The translations under genes and the position numbers were made by a program. Positions 23,559 through 32,502 of a DNA stretch of 64,000 nt are shown here, one piece after another. The notes beneath the pieces are model-generated. The model was not told the origin of the DNA. It worked only from the letters and a program-made list of their open reading frames with translations, and did not search any database. Source of the DNA: Deltaproteobacteria bacterium (lineage in GTDB: Bacteria; Myxococcota_A; UBA9160; SMWR01); the NCBI GenBank assembly GCA_032128375.1, contig JAQBGU010000181.1:1-64000 (forward strand). The letters are read 5' to 3'. The stretch's first letter is position 1; each line of letters opens with the position of its first letter.

Positions 23559-24626
23559 GTGGTCACTGTCCTCGACGAAGGCGGCCAGCTGCTCGAAGAC
23601 GACCAGCGCGCGCTGGTGCGCTTCGTCATCCAGGACGGCTTCGGGGCCAATGTGGTCTTTGCCGCTGGCACGACGGGTGAGTGGGACAAAGTTCCCAATC
23701 GGATCCGACAGCGCGTGATCTGCGTGTGTGCCGAAGAAGTGACGAAATCCAACGCGCAGCTCGGGCCCACCCATGGACGCGGAGTAGAGGCGTGGGCCGG
23801 GATCACCGCGCCCACTGCACATGAGACTCTCGAAAACCTCGAGTTCGCGATCGCTCACGGAGCGCACGCGGCGGTACTCGCGCCACTGTCGATCCAGGCT
23901 GTCGACGACCCGGTGCGCTTCGTAGCGCGCGATGTCGCAGATTTGCTCGACCGCAGCTTTCCCAGGATCCCGGTCTATCTGTACGACAACGCGGATATTG
24001 CGATCGACCCGAAGGTGCCGCACATCCGAACCAAACAGGTCAAGGCGATGTCGCGCCTCGACTTCGTCCGCGGCATCAAGGTCTCAGCGCGGCGCAAGGT
24101 GCTCGGCAACTACACAAAGGCGGCAGCAAGCTTCCGCGACCGCGGCGAATTCGGCATCTACGTTGGCGATGCGATGTTGATCTTCGACTTGTTCCGCCCC
24201 CGAACCGGCCGGCTCGGTTTCATTTCCGAGCATTGGAATCGGTATCGGCTGCGCGGCGGGCTCCCGATCGGTGTGGTGGCCGGGCCCGCCAACGCGCTGC
24301 CGCGAGAGTGGGCGCGCGCTTGGCAGGTGAGCAGGGCGGGCGACGCGGAGCGGATGGACGAGGTGTATTCGGTGCTCGAAGCGTGGCGAATCCGAACCCA
24401 CCGCGCGGGTGGCAAGCGAACCATCGCGTGCCTGAAGCGCGCACTGTTATCGATGGGTGTGATCTCGAATGCCGCGGTTGCGCGAGGAACGCCCGCGCTG
24501 ACAGTGCCGGATGCGAAACGCTTCGACGAAGCCTTTGAAGAGATTCGCGCTATGGCGGCGAGCCGAGTGGGCGAGCCTTGGGTCTCACAAGTTTTGGCCG
24601 ACACGTTCTCGGGCGCGCGATCGTGA
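23559..24626 (+). CDS. DHDPS/N-acetylneuraminate lyase-family class I aldolase (not canonical DapA)
   Basis: GTTGE, catalytic-position Tyr (YLYDN) and Schiff-base Lys (GIKVS); the conserved first strand GLSVPVVT begins upstream of the first canonical start. Confidence 0.8.
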   Translation: MVTVLDEGGQLLEDDQRALVRFVIQDGFGANVVFAAGTTGEWDKVPNRIRQRVICVCAEEVTKSNAQLGPTHGRGVEAWAGITAPTAHETLENLEFAIAHGAHAAVLAPLSIQAVDDPVRFVARDVADLLDRSFPRIPVYLYDNADIAIDPKVPHIRTKQVKAMSRLDFVRGIKVSARRKVLGNYTKAAASFRDRGEFGIYVGDAMLIFDLFRPRTGRLGFISEHWNRYRLRGGLPIGVVAGPANALPREWARAWQVSRAGDAERMDEVYSVLEAWRIRTHRAGGKRTIACLKRALLSMGVISNAAVARGTPALTVPDAKRFDEAFEEIRAMAASRVGEPWVSQVLADTFSGARS

Positions 24627-26236
24627 GTGGACGCCGCCTCGATGCGGTCGGTATTGGCAGTATGGTCGTCGATCGCGTACATCGCGCACCGCGGCTGTTG
24701 GGCAGTGACGAAAAGGGCATCTTGCGCGCGATGGACAGCGGTGGACCGGTCGAGACCCATGTCGGTGGCGTCGTCTTGAATCATCTGGGTTGGGCGGCTG
24801 CACTGGGTCTGAATACGGGCATCTTTGGTCGCCAGGCCGACGACGAAAACGGCCGCTTCCTGCGCGCGGCGATGGACCGATTCGGCATTTCCCGAAACAT
24901 CGAACTCGATGGGTCGGCGACCTCGGTCGCGGAAATTTTCGTCGACGACAAGGGTGGTCGCGCGATCTATATGTCGCCCGGAGCGACATCCGAGACGACA
25001 CCGGCGAAGATTCGCGCCGACCACGCAGATTTCATTCGAACTGGCGCGCGGCTGACGACTGAGGTTTCGCAACTTCCGCTCGGTTGCGCCCTCGCAGCGC
25101 TCGAAATCGCACGTGCCAGCGGAATTCCGACGCTGGTAGATCTCGATGTGCCGCCGACTGATGCACTCGCAACACTGGGTAGTGAAGCCGAGCTGGATGC
25201 AGTGTTGCGCGGCGCGGACGTGTTGAAACCCGCGAAGCTTGCGGCGCGCGAAATCGTGCCGAACGTCGGCAGCGATGCGTTGGAGATCGCGCGCGCGACG
25301 CGCGCGATCTACGGCAATTCTGCGGTTGTAGTGACCGACGGTGAAGCCGGCTGTGCCATCGCGACCGACCTGTTCGAAGGCTACGTGCCGGCGCGACCCG
25401 TCTCTGCGGTTGATACCACCGGAGCCGGTGACGCGTTCGTGGGTGGACTACTGGTCGGACTGAAACACGGGCTCGACTGGAAGGCGATCGGTCAACTGGC
25501 CAATGCGGCCGGTGCCGCCTGTGTGGAGAAGATCGGCGCATTCCCAGACGATCCAGTCGCGGCGCGCGAGCGCGTACTGGAGTTGTACGAGGGGCCTGCG
25601 ATCGTACTGGCGGCCGCGCCGCAGTTTTTCTCGGTGACGCCAGCAAGCGAGCCTGCTCTGACCGCATTCGACATTGCGCTCGAAGAGTTGTCGGCGCTTC
25701 GCTCGCGGATGAAAGCCGGTTCGTTCCATGCCGCGCTCGCGTTGATCCGGGCTGCCGAAGCGGCGGGCGGCCGGGTTCATGTGACGGGTCTCGGCAAGCC
25801 GGAGCACATCGCGCATTATGCGGCGTCGCTGTTTTCGTCGACCGGAACGCCCGCGACATTCCTGCACGCGACCGAAGTGGTTCACGGCAGCTCCGGCCAG
25901 GTCGTCGCACACGATGTCGTGATCGCGATCAGCAATAGCGGGGAGACACAAGAGATCAAGGACGCCGTCGAGACGGTCTGCAAGATGGGCGCAAAGATCA
26001 TCGCCGTGACGGGAAACGTCGATTCGTGGTTGGGCCGACGTGCGGACGCGGTGCTCGACGCCGGTGTGATGCGGGAGGGTGGACCGCTGAATCTGGCACC
26101 GCGCGCCAGCGCAGCGGCCGAGCTACTCGTCATCGCGGCATTGTCGTCCGCTCTCCAAAAGGAGCGCGGCTTCACTCGAGCCGACTACCAACTGCGTCAC
26201 CCATCCGGAAAGCTGGGCGAACTGACGCGAGACTGA
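24623..26236 (+). CDS. Fusion of PfkB-family carbohydrate kinase and KdsD/GutQ-like SIS sugar-phosphate isomerase
   Basis: PfkB motifs GG...N and DTTGAGDAFVGG; C-terminal TGLGK..HIA, STGTPA.FLH..E..HG, ISNSGET, HPSG.LG; no CBS domains; GTGA overlap with the aldolase gene. Confidence 0.85.
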   Translation: MSGRRLDAVGIGSMVVDRVHRAPRLLGSDEKGILRAMDSGGPVETHVGGVVLNHLGWAAALGLNTGIFGRQADDENGRFLRAAMDRFGISRNIELDGSATSVAEIFVDDKGGRAIYMSPGATSETTPAKIRADHADFIRTGARLTTEVSQLPLGCALAALEIARASGIPTLVDLDVPPTDALATLGSEAELDAVLRGADVLKPAKLAAREIVPNVGSDALEIARATRAIYGNSAVVVTDGEAGCAIATDLFEGYVPARPVSAVDTTGAGDAFVGGLLVGLKHGLDWKAIGQLANAAGAACVEKIGAFPDDPVAARERVLELYEGPAIVLAAAPQFFSVTPASEPALTAFDIALEELSALRSRMKAGSFHAALALIRAAEAAGGRVHVTGLGKPEHIAHYAASLFSSTGTPATFLHATEVVHGSSGQVVAHDVVIAISNSGETQEIKDAVETVCKMGAKIIAVTGNVDSWLGRRADAVLDAGVMREGGPLNLAPRASAAAELLVIAALSSALQKERGFTRADYQLRHPSGKLGELTRD

Positions 26237-26346
26237 CCCCGCCCCAACAGCGTACATCGCAAGCCCTGATCCACAGTATCCACATAACAGGTGCGTAGCG
26301 AGGTCGTGGCAGATCAGCGTGCGGATATCAGCGACCGCAGTAGCAG

Positions 26347-26799
26347 CTAGCGATGGCTGCAGGTCTTTACGGTCAGCACAGGACACGGTGCTTTCTGTAC
26401 TACGCGCTCGGCGATGCTGCCGAGCAACATATGCTTGAGGCCGGATAGACCGTGTGTCCCGATCACGATCAGGTCGGCGCCGATCTCGACCGCCTCATCG
26501 ACGATCGCCGTGGCCGCGTATCCCTCGCGGACCACCGATTCCACCTCCAACCCCCTGCCGCGCACATCCGTTTCGAATCGGCTGAGAGACTGTTGGGCCT
26601 CGGCTTTGACGTTGGCCCAGAAATCGGGTGGCAGATACGCGCCCTCGAGTTGCTGGAATTCAACAGGCAGGTGGTACGCGTGGAACAAGACGAGCTTGCT
26701 GTTGTGTTCTTCGGCCAGGTGGGTGCCCCATTCGACCACGGACGCGGCGTTATCCGAGAAATCGACTGGCACCAATATCGTGCGGATCTCGATCACCAT
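26347..26799 (-). CDS. Universal stress protein
   Basis: ILVPVDFS, ADLIVIGTHG, LLGSIAERVV..APCPVL. Confidence 0.93.
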   Translation of the reverse strand: MVIEIRTILVPVDFSDNAASVVEWGTHLAEEHNSKLVLFHAYHLPVEFQQLEGAYLPPDFWANVKAEAQQSLSRFETDVRGRGLEVESVVREGYAATAIVDEAVEIGADLIVIGTHGLSGLKHMLLGSIAERVVQKAPCPVLTVKTCSHR

Positions 26800-26925
26800 A
26801 TTCAAAGCGTGCACCCTCGCGCGTTGCGAGTCCAGTAGAATTTGCGTCGAGGAGTTTGACGGGCGCGGGGCGCCGACTTACCGTCGTGCCCCTTGTGCCG
26901 AATATGGGCCACGCCAAGGGATTGT

Positions 26926-27001
26926 GGGGCCGTAGCTCAATTGGGAGAGCGCCGCGTTCGCAACGCGGAGGTTGGCGGTTCAATCCCGCTCGGCTCCACC
27001 A
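26926..27001 (+). tRNA. tRNA-Ala (anticodon CGC)
   Basis: 76 nt cloverleaf GGGGCCG...CGGCTCC-ACCA with G3:U70, anticodon arm CCGCG-TTCGCAA-CGCGG, TTCAA loop, encoded CCA. Confidence 0.97.
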
Positions 27002-27009
27002 CACCTGGC

Positions 27010-27062
27010 TTCGAATGGCCCTGATTCGAATGGGCTTGCTTCGAATGGGCTTGGTTCGAGTG
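27010..27062. repeat. 15 bp tandem repeat after the tRNA
   Basis: TTCGAATGGCCCTGA / TTCGAATGGGCTTGC / TTCGAATGGGCTTGG / TTCGAGTG. Confidence 0.85.
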
Positions 27063-27248
27063 AATGCTCAAATGCGAACAAGTTCGCTTTCCTAGTTGAA
27101 TGTCCTGAAGCCCCTGATGGAAGACTCCTCTTGAGTCTGGCGCCGGCGGGCGCTTATGCTGCCAGGCGAGAACCCGCCTATGCGCCGATGTGGGATTGCC
27201 TTGGTGAGCTTGGTGGGACACGAGCTATCAGCAGTGGAAGGCCCGAAA

Positions 27249-28352
27249 ATGCAGGCGATTCCCGCCCTCGTCACCGCCGGAGACCGCCGCGCCGCAAAGC
27301 CAGTTTGCGGCGAAAGCAAGGTGTTTCTCGAACTCGCCGGTCGCGCGCTGGTCGTGCATACGGTGCTGGAACTCCAGTGGGTAGCCGAAATCTCCGAGGT
27401 CTGGTTGGTCGGAGACGCCGAGCGCCTCGAAGCAGTTTTCGGACACCCAGACGTCCGGGCGAAGCTCGTCAAGCCGCTGCACATCGTCGGCCAATTTCGA
27501 GACCTGTACGAAAATTCCTGGGAGACGTTCCGCAGATTGCTTCCCGGGGCGGGCGAGAGCGGTCGAGACCCCGACGGGTCTCAGGACGATATTCCGGTGT
27601 TGTACCTGTCCGCAGACATCCCATTCGCAACCGCCCAGGAAATTTCACTGTTCGTGCGGCGGGGCTTGGAGATCGATTGCGATTTCGCATTCGGGCTGGT
27701 CACAGAGGAGTCGATGCAAGCGTTCTGCGCGGTTGCACCTGCGCCGAGAATCGTGTCGCGCGTTGGCTCGGACTCGGACGCGTCCGATCTGAGCGGGGCG
27801 ACCGCGGCGAACGGAAAACCGGGGATCCAGATGGCGTACTTCAACCTGCTCGAGGGACGCTTTCGGACCAGCAACCTGCACCTGGTAAAACCGGCACGGA
27901 TCGCAAACCGCGCCTACATCGAAGAAATGTTCGAGCATCGCTACCAGCGGCAATTCGGGAATATCGTCGGACTCGCGCTGCGATTGGTGCGCAAGGAGGA
28001 GGGAGGACTTCCGATCCTGTACTACTACGTGCTGATCCACTTGGCGGGCTTGGCAGACCGCTGGGATTGGCGGAGGCTCGCGGATCGAATTCGCAGTTGG
28101 GTCCCGGTCAAGCGTATCGAAGACGCGGTCAGTGGATTGCTGCGTGCCGATTTTCGATTTGTGGTTACTGATGTCGGCGGCTGCGCGTTGGACATCGATA
28201 ATCGGGCAGACTTCGAGGCCGCGACACATCGATTTGATGAGTGGAAAAGCCAACAGCGTGAACGAGCATCGAAGATGTACGGGGCTCTGCCACTCACTCA
28301 GAGGGTCGAGCCGTCCCCGATGACCGAACGATCTCAGAAGGTCAAACGATGA
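27249..28352 (+). CDS. MobA/IspD-like nucleotidyltransferase-fold protein
   Basis: ALVTAG...K.FL.LAGR.LV N-terminus, LSADIP, terminal DID motif. Confidence 0.75.
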   Translation: MQAIPALVTAGDRRAAKPVCGESKVFLELAGRALVVHTVLELQWVAEISEVWLVGDAERLEAVFGHPDVRAKLVKPLHIVGQFRDLYENSWETFRRLLPGAGESGRDPDGSQDDIPVLYLSADIPFATAQEISLFVRRGLEIDCDFAFGLVTEESMQAFCAVAPAPRIVSRVGSDSDASDLSGATAANGKPGIQMAYFNLLEGRFRTSNLHLVKPARIANRAYIEEMFEHRYQRQFGNIVGLALRLVRKEEGGLPILYYYVLIHLAGLADRWDWRRLADRIRSWVPVKRIEDAVSGLLRADFRFVVTDVGGCALDIDNRADFEAATHRFDEWKSQQRERASKMYGALPLTQRVEPSPMTERSQKVKR

Positions 28353-29395
28353 TGCAGCGGGGCTCGGATCGCTGGGCGGCCGAGGCCGCGCTGGTAGGCA
28401 AGGGAGTGGGCTTGTTCCGGCCCATGGATCGAGGACTCGTTCAGATTGCCGGCGCGGATCGAGTTCGCTGGCTCGATGGAATGTTGACCAACGACGTCAC
28501 AAGACTCGTGGAAGGGCCGAAGCAGTCGGGCTGCTACGCGGCGTTGCTGACCCACCAGGGCCGGATCGTCGGCGATGTCCACGTCGCAGTGCGTGAAGAC
28601 GCATTCTGGCTGGAGATGAGCGCCCAGGCCGTCTCTGGAGTGATCGAGCGACTCGAAAAACACATCATCGCAGATGCTGTAACGGTCGCCGATATTGGTG
28701 CCAGCACCGAATGGCTAGGGGTAGAAGGCCCCAATGCGACCCAAGTGATCGCTGCGTTGGCTGGCCGAGAGCTCGGGCTCGAACCCGATTGCTGGACAGA
28801 AATCCCAGTCGATGGGTGTCCGATCGCTGTTGCCCACTGGGGCGCGTCAGTGAGGGGGGGGTACCGGCTGCTGATTCCATCGGGCCATCGTGAGGCGGTG
28901 GCAGCTGCCGTATCGGTAGTTGCCGCCGGCATGGGGCTCGTCGAAGCTGGGCCGGAAGTCTTCGAAATTCTGCGCATTGTGTCGGGAACGCCCCGCTTTG
29001 GGGCCGAACTCGATGCAAGCGTGCTGCCGGCCGAAGCCGGACTCGAGCGAGCGATCTCGTCGACCAAGGGTTGCTACATCGGCCAGGAAGTGGTGGCGCG
29101 CATGGCGTCGCGCGGTCGCACCAGCCATCAGCTGGTCGGCCTCCGCTTCGAAACCCCCGCCGCGCAAGTTGGCACACCCGTCAGGCTCGATGCGAATCCC
29201 GATTCGGCAAAAATCGGAGAAATCAGCAGCGTCTGCGTTGCCCCTGGTGAGGGGCCCATCGCGCTCGCGTTCGTGCGGTCTGCTCACGCGGCCCCGGGCA
29301 GTGTGGTTCACGCTGGAGGGAAGCAGGCCGTAATTTCGGAACTGCCCTTCAGTTCGATGAACAGTTCGGTGAACGGTTCGGTGAAAGAATTGTGA
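28349..29395 (+). CDS. ygfZ: Folate-binding protein YgfZ (GcvT-like)
   Basis: G.D...WL.GMLTNDV and KGCYIGQE signature. Confidence 0.88.
   Translation: MMQRGSDRWAAEAALVGKGVGLFRPMDRGLVQIAGADRVRWLDGMLTNDVTRLVEGPKQSGCYAALLTHQGRIVGDVHVAVREDAFWLEMSAQAVSGVIERLEKHIIADAVTVADIGASTEWLGVEGPNATQVIAALAGRELGLEPDCWTEIPVDGCPIAVAHWGASVRGGYRLLIPSGHREAVAAAVSVVAAGMGLVEAGPEVFEILRIVSGTPRFGAELDASVLPAEAGLERAISSTKGCYIGQEVVARMASRGRTSHQLVGLRFETPAAQVGTPVRLDANPDSAKIGEISSVCVAPGEGPIALAFVRSAHAAPGSVVHAGGKQAVISELPFSSMNSSVNGSVKEL
29351..29386. repeat. 12 bp tandem repeat inside the ygfZ 3' end
   Basis: AGTTCGATGAAC / AGTTCGGTGAAC / GGTTCGGTGAAA, encoding SSMN-SSVN-GSVK. Confidence 0.8.
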
Positions 29396-30105
29396 GAGCC
29401 GGCGCGATCGGCACCCTGATCGTATTCGCCAAGGATCCCGTACCGGGCCGTGTCAAGACTCGGCTGGTTCCGCCCTTCACGCCTATTCAGGCCGCAGCGT
29501 TCTACGCCGCGATGCTGCAGGATGTTCTGGAGGCGTCGAGCCAGTTCGCGCGAGTGTGCGGGCTCGCCCCGATTCTCGCACTCGATCCGCCCGAATCGGT
29601 GAGGTCGATCGTCACACAGATCCCAACTGATTATCGTGTCATCCCGCAGAGGGGTGCCAATCTCGGAGAACGGATGGAGTGGGCGATGCGCGACGCGGCT
29701 TCCGGCGGCGCGAACCGAATCCTGCTGCGGGGAAGCGACAGCCCGCTACTGGACGTGCAGAAGCTAGCAGAAGCGCTGCGTACCCTCGATGAGGCCGAAT
29801 TGGTGATCTGTCCCGATCTCGATGGCGGCTACAACCTGATCGGTTTGCGCCGCCCCGCGGCGGGGCTGTTCGATCACCCGATGAGTACGCGGACCGCACT
29901 CGAAGACACGCTTGCCAACGCTGCGGCACTCGGACTTTCCGCCCAAGTGCAAGCACCGAGTTTCGACATCGATACCGCACAGGATCTGGTTTGGCTGGCC
30001 CGGGCCCGCTCTGGTTCAGAACGCGGTTCTGTCACCAAATTGTGTCGCAGGGCGCTCGCCTATCTCGACACTGAGAATCTCTGGCCCAACAGCGAGCCGC
30101 ATTAG
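29392..30105 (+). CDS. DUF2064/TIGR04282-type glycosyltransferase-like protein
   Basis: IVFAK.P.PGRVKTRL, Q.G.NLGERM, GSDSP, P..DGGY.LIG, DID. Confidence 0.85.
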   Translation: MRAGAIGTLIVFAKDPVPGRVKTRLVPPFTPIQAAAFYAAMLQDVLEASSQFARVCGLAPILALDPPESVRSIVTQIPTDYRVIPQRGANLGERMEWAMRDAASGGANRILLRGSDSPLLDVQKLAEALRTLDEAELVICPDLDGGYNLIGLRRPAAGLFDHPMSTRTALEDTLANAAALGLSAQVQAPSFDIDTAQDLVWLARARSGSERGSVTKLCRRALAYLDTENLWPNSEPH

Positions 30106-30322
30106 GCCGAAGCGACGGCCAGACCCGCTGCACGATCGGCGTCCAGTGAGGTCTAAATCGGGTTTCTCTGAGTGTTTTCGGGTGTGAAAAATCTTGCGCA
30201 GGGTTTGCAAACCCGAGCGAATTGAGTTAGATCGCACCTGCACCTACCGCACAAATCGGTCAAGTACGTGGTGAAAAGCCCCGAAGGGGGTCGGGACAGG
30301 GGACCTTCGATTACTCCTCGCC

Positions 30323-30361
30323 CACTAGGAATTCGCTCACTAGGAATTCGTTCACTGGAAT
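30323..30361. repeat. 15 bp tandem repeat
   Basis: CACTAGGAATTCGCT / CACTAGGAATTCGTT / CACTGGAAT. Confidence 0.85.
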
Positions 30362-30655
30362 GAGGACGATTAGAAGTCCGATGTCCAACCAACACTTCAG
30401 TACTGGCCGCGCGTGCCGTTATGGTGGGAACGAGAAACGCTTGGTACTATCCCGGTGTATTAGGTTGTAATTCGCGCGGTAGTTTCCCCCCATGGAAACT
30501 GATAGAAATCGAGAGTGTTGGTTTCAACCAGGAGTGGGAGTTCCGGAACCGAGCCCCAGATTGGGGATCGGCTATCGTCGATGCGGCGCCGGGATGTCTT
30601 ACTTGCTAACCAGATGTCTTACATTCGAACATTCGAACAAGAGAGGGGAATCGAA

Positions 30656-32050
30656 ATGCGATCCAGCCTGAAGTCAATTGTTGCCGTTTCGGCGATGATG
30701 CTGGCCGTTCCGACGTTCGCAATCGCGGACGACGTAAGCGGCGGCGACGATTTGCAAGAACTGCTCGGACGCATGTCCGATCTCGAGCAGCAACTGCGCG
30801 CCACCAACGATGCGTTGGCGGCCGCCAACGCCCGCGTAGACCAGCAGGCGAACCAACTGGGCAAGATCAAGAGCACGCCCACGGGCGCATTGCCGGCGCT
30901 GTCCGATTTTCTGACCCAGACGGACTTCAGTGGATGGGTGGCGGCAAGCTACTTCTACAACACGAATAACCCCGACAACGGGGATACGACCGGTGCCAAC
31001 GGCGGAGTCCCCGGCGGCGGGACACTCGCATCTCCGTTCCACTCCGATTCCAATTCGTTCCAGGTCGACCAGGTCTGGTTCGCGATGGAGAATGCAGCCA
31101 CTCCCGAAAGCCGAGCCGGCTTCCAGGTCGAGCTGGTCTGGGGCGAGACTGCTGATGTTCTGAATGGAAACCACAGTGACAACGACTTCTCAGATGCGAA
31201 TTCTCCCTACTTGTACACCGCCAACGTGTCCTACCTGGCGCCGATCACCGACGCCGGGATCCTGGTGACGGCGGGTCGCTTCGCGACCGTAACCGGTACT
31301 GAGGTTGCACAGGCTCCCTACAACTTCAACATCACCCGTGGCGCTGTGTACAACCTGCAGCCGATCAACCACACCGGTGTCAAGATTGGCAGCACCTACG
31401 ACAACGGTCTCGATTGGATGCTGGGTGTTGCGAATACCGCTGCAGATATCGGTAGTCAGCACGACACCGACGATGAGAAGTCCTTCCTGTGGCGCATCGG
31501 GTACAAGATGTCCGACGAGTTGGCGATCGGCCTCAATGGTGTGTATGGGGGTGATTGCGCGACCTCGGCCGGCGGTGTCTGTGGACAAAATGGGAACAGC
31601 CACGACAAGCAGGGAATCATCGACTTCGTGGTCAACTGGGATCCGTCCGACAAACTGTCGACGTACCTGAACTTCGACTACGTGTGGGCGGGCCACAACA
31701 GGCGCTCAGGCGATCAGCAAGCCTTTGGCCTCGCGATGGCCGGGAGATACGCGGTGACGGATAACACCGGCGTTTCGGTGCGCGGCGAGTATGTGGCCTT
31801 CCGGGACGACTACCGCGGATTCGGCCAACAGCTGCCGGTGCGTGCTGAAGACCATTTCGCCACCAACTTGTGGACCATCACCTCGACGGTCGATCACAAG
31901 CTGACCGATCATCTCACGGTCAAAGCTGAGCTCGCCTATCATGAGGCCCACGGCGACGGAAACAACAACCGGTACTTCACCGACAGTGACTCGACGTCGC
32001 TCGACGACGACGAAGTCCTGCTCGGTGTCCAGATGCTCTACGAGTTCTAA
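30656..32050 (+). CDS. Outer-membrane beta-barrel porin with N-terminal coiled coil
   Basis: Signal peptide, coiled coil, amphipathic strands, RGEY, C-terminal Y-E-F; RBS GAGAGGGG. Confidence 0.82.
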   Translation: MRSSLKSIVAVSAMMLAVPTFAIADDVSGGDDLQELLGRMSDLEQQLRATNDALAAANARVDQQANQLGKIKSTPTGALPALSDFLTQTDFSGWVAASYFYNTNNPDNGDTTGANGGVPGGGTLASPFHSDSNSFQVDQVWFAMENAATPESRAGFQVELVWGETADVLNGNHSDNDFSDANSPYLYTANVSYLAPITDAGILVTAGRFATVTGTEVAQAPYNFNITRGAVYNLQPINHTGVKIGSTYDNGLDWMLGVANTAADIGSQHDTDDEKSFLWRIGYKMSDELAIGLNGVYGGDCATSAGGVCGQNGNSHDKQGIIDFVVNWDPSDKLSTYLNFDYVWAGHNRRSGDQQAFGLAMAGRYAVTDNTGVSVRGEYVAFRDDYRGFGQQLPVRAEDHFATNLWTITSTVDHKLTDHLTVKAELAYHEAHGDGNNNRYFTDSDSTSLDDDEVLLGVQMLYEF

Positions 32051-32078
32051 GACTCGTTCGGCTCATCTGGTCCGATTC

Positions 32079-32118
32079 GGGGCGCAGCACCCTTGGGTGC
32101 TGCGCCCCTTCTCGTTTC
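32079..32118 (+). terminator. Intrinsic terminator after the porin gene
   Basis: GGGGCGCAGCACC-CTTG-GGTGCTGCGCCCC followed by a T-rich run. Confidence 0.8.
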
Positions 32119-32318
32119 TGCCGGTTCCTCGCGTGGGATCCACCGAACACCGGTTTCGCCGGAATGAATCGCGCGTTTGTCGGGTCGCCAGTCGGTTGGC
32201 TGCGTGGCATCCGAGTCACGGGATAACCTCCGCTGACTAGCATCGCGCCACATGCTGCCCGCTTTGTGGGCAATGCCGGACCTCGATCCAATCAACACGC
32301 ACCCACACGGGCTGATCT

Positions 32319-32334
32319 CGGCACGCCGCTTGCT
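32319..32334 (+). promoter_or_regulatory. Sigma-54 (-24/-12) promoter of glnA
   Basis: CGGCACGCCGCTTGCT fits TGGCACG-N4-TTGC(A/T) with exact GG-N10-GC spacing. Confidence 0.82.
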
Positions 32335-32502
32335 TTCCCAACACCTATGGATATCGACCATCAGCGCGACTGATTCACTGTCCGACTCTGGATCAGTCAT
32401 GGTAAGGTCCCACTCCCAACGATTTGGTCCGAGCGATCTCGTCAAAGGGCAGCACGGCTAGCCGATAACCCCCCAACCCAGAACAAGCAGAGGAACGATC
32501 CG

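Noticed and set aside
26267..26284. Two adjacent DnaA-box-like 9-mers (TGATCCACA, GTATCCACA)
   Set aside because: Each has a mismatch, they lie in a short convergent spacer with no AT-rich unwinding element, and a local tandem duplication explains them better
26926..27100. tRNA-Ala as an integration site for an island
   Set aside because: No integrase, no duplicated tRNA 3' end in the window, and flanking genes look native
30424..30441. Possible sigma-54 promoter for the porin (GGGAACGAGAAACGC)
   Set aside because: GG-N10-GC spacing fits, but the TGGCAC and TTGC contexts are poor
32335..32502. Glutamine (glnA) riboswitch in the glnA leader
   Set aside because: The conserved core of that motif was not recognisable by eye; only a generic hairpin is present
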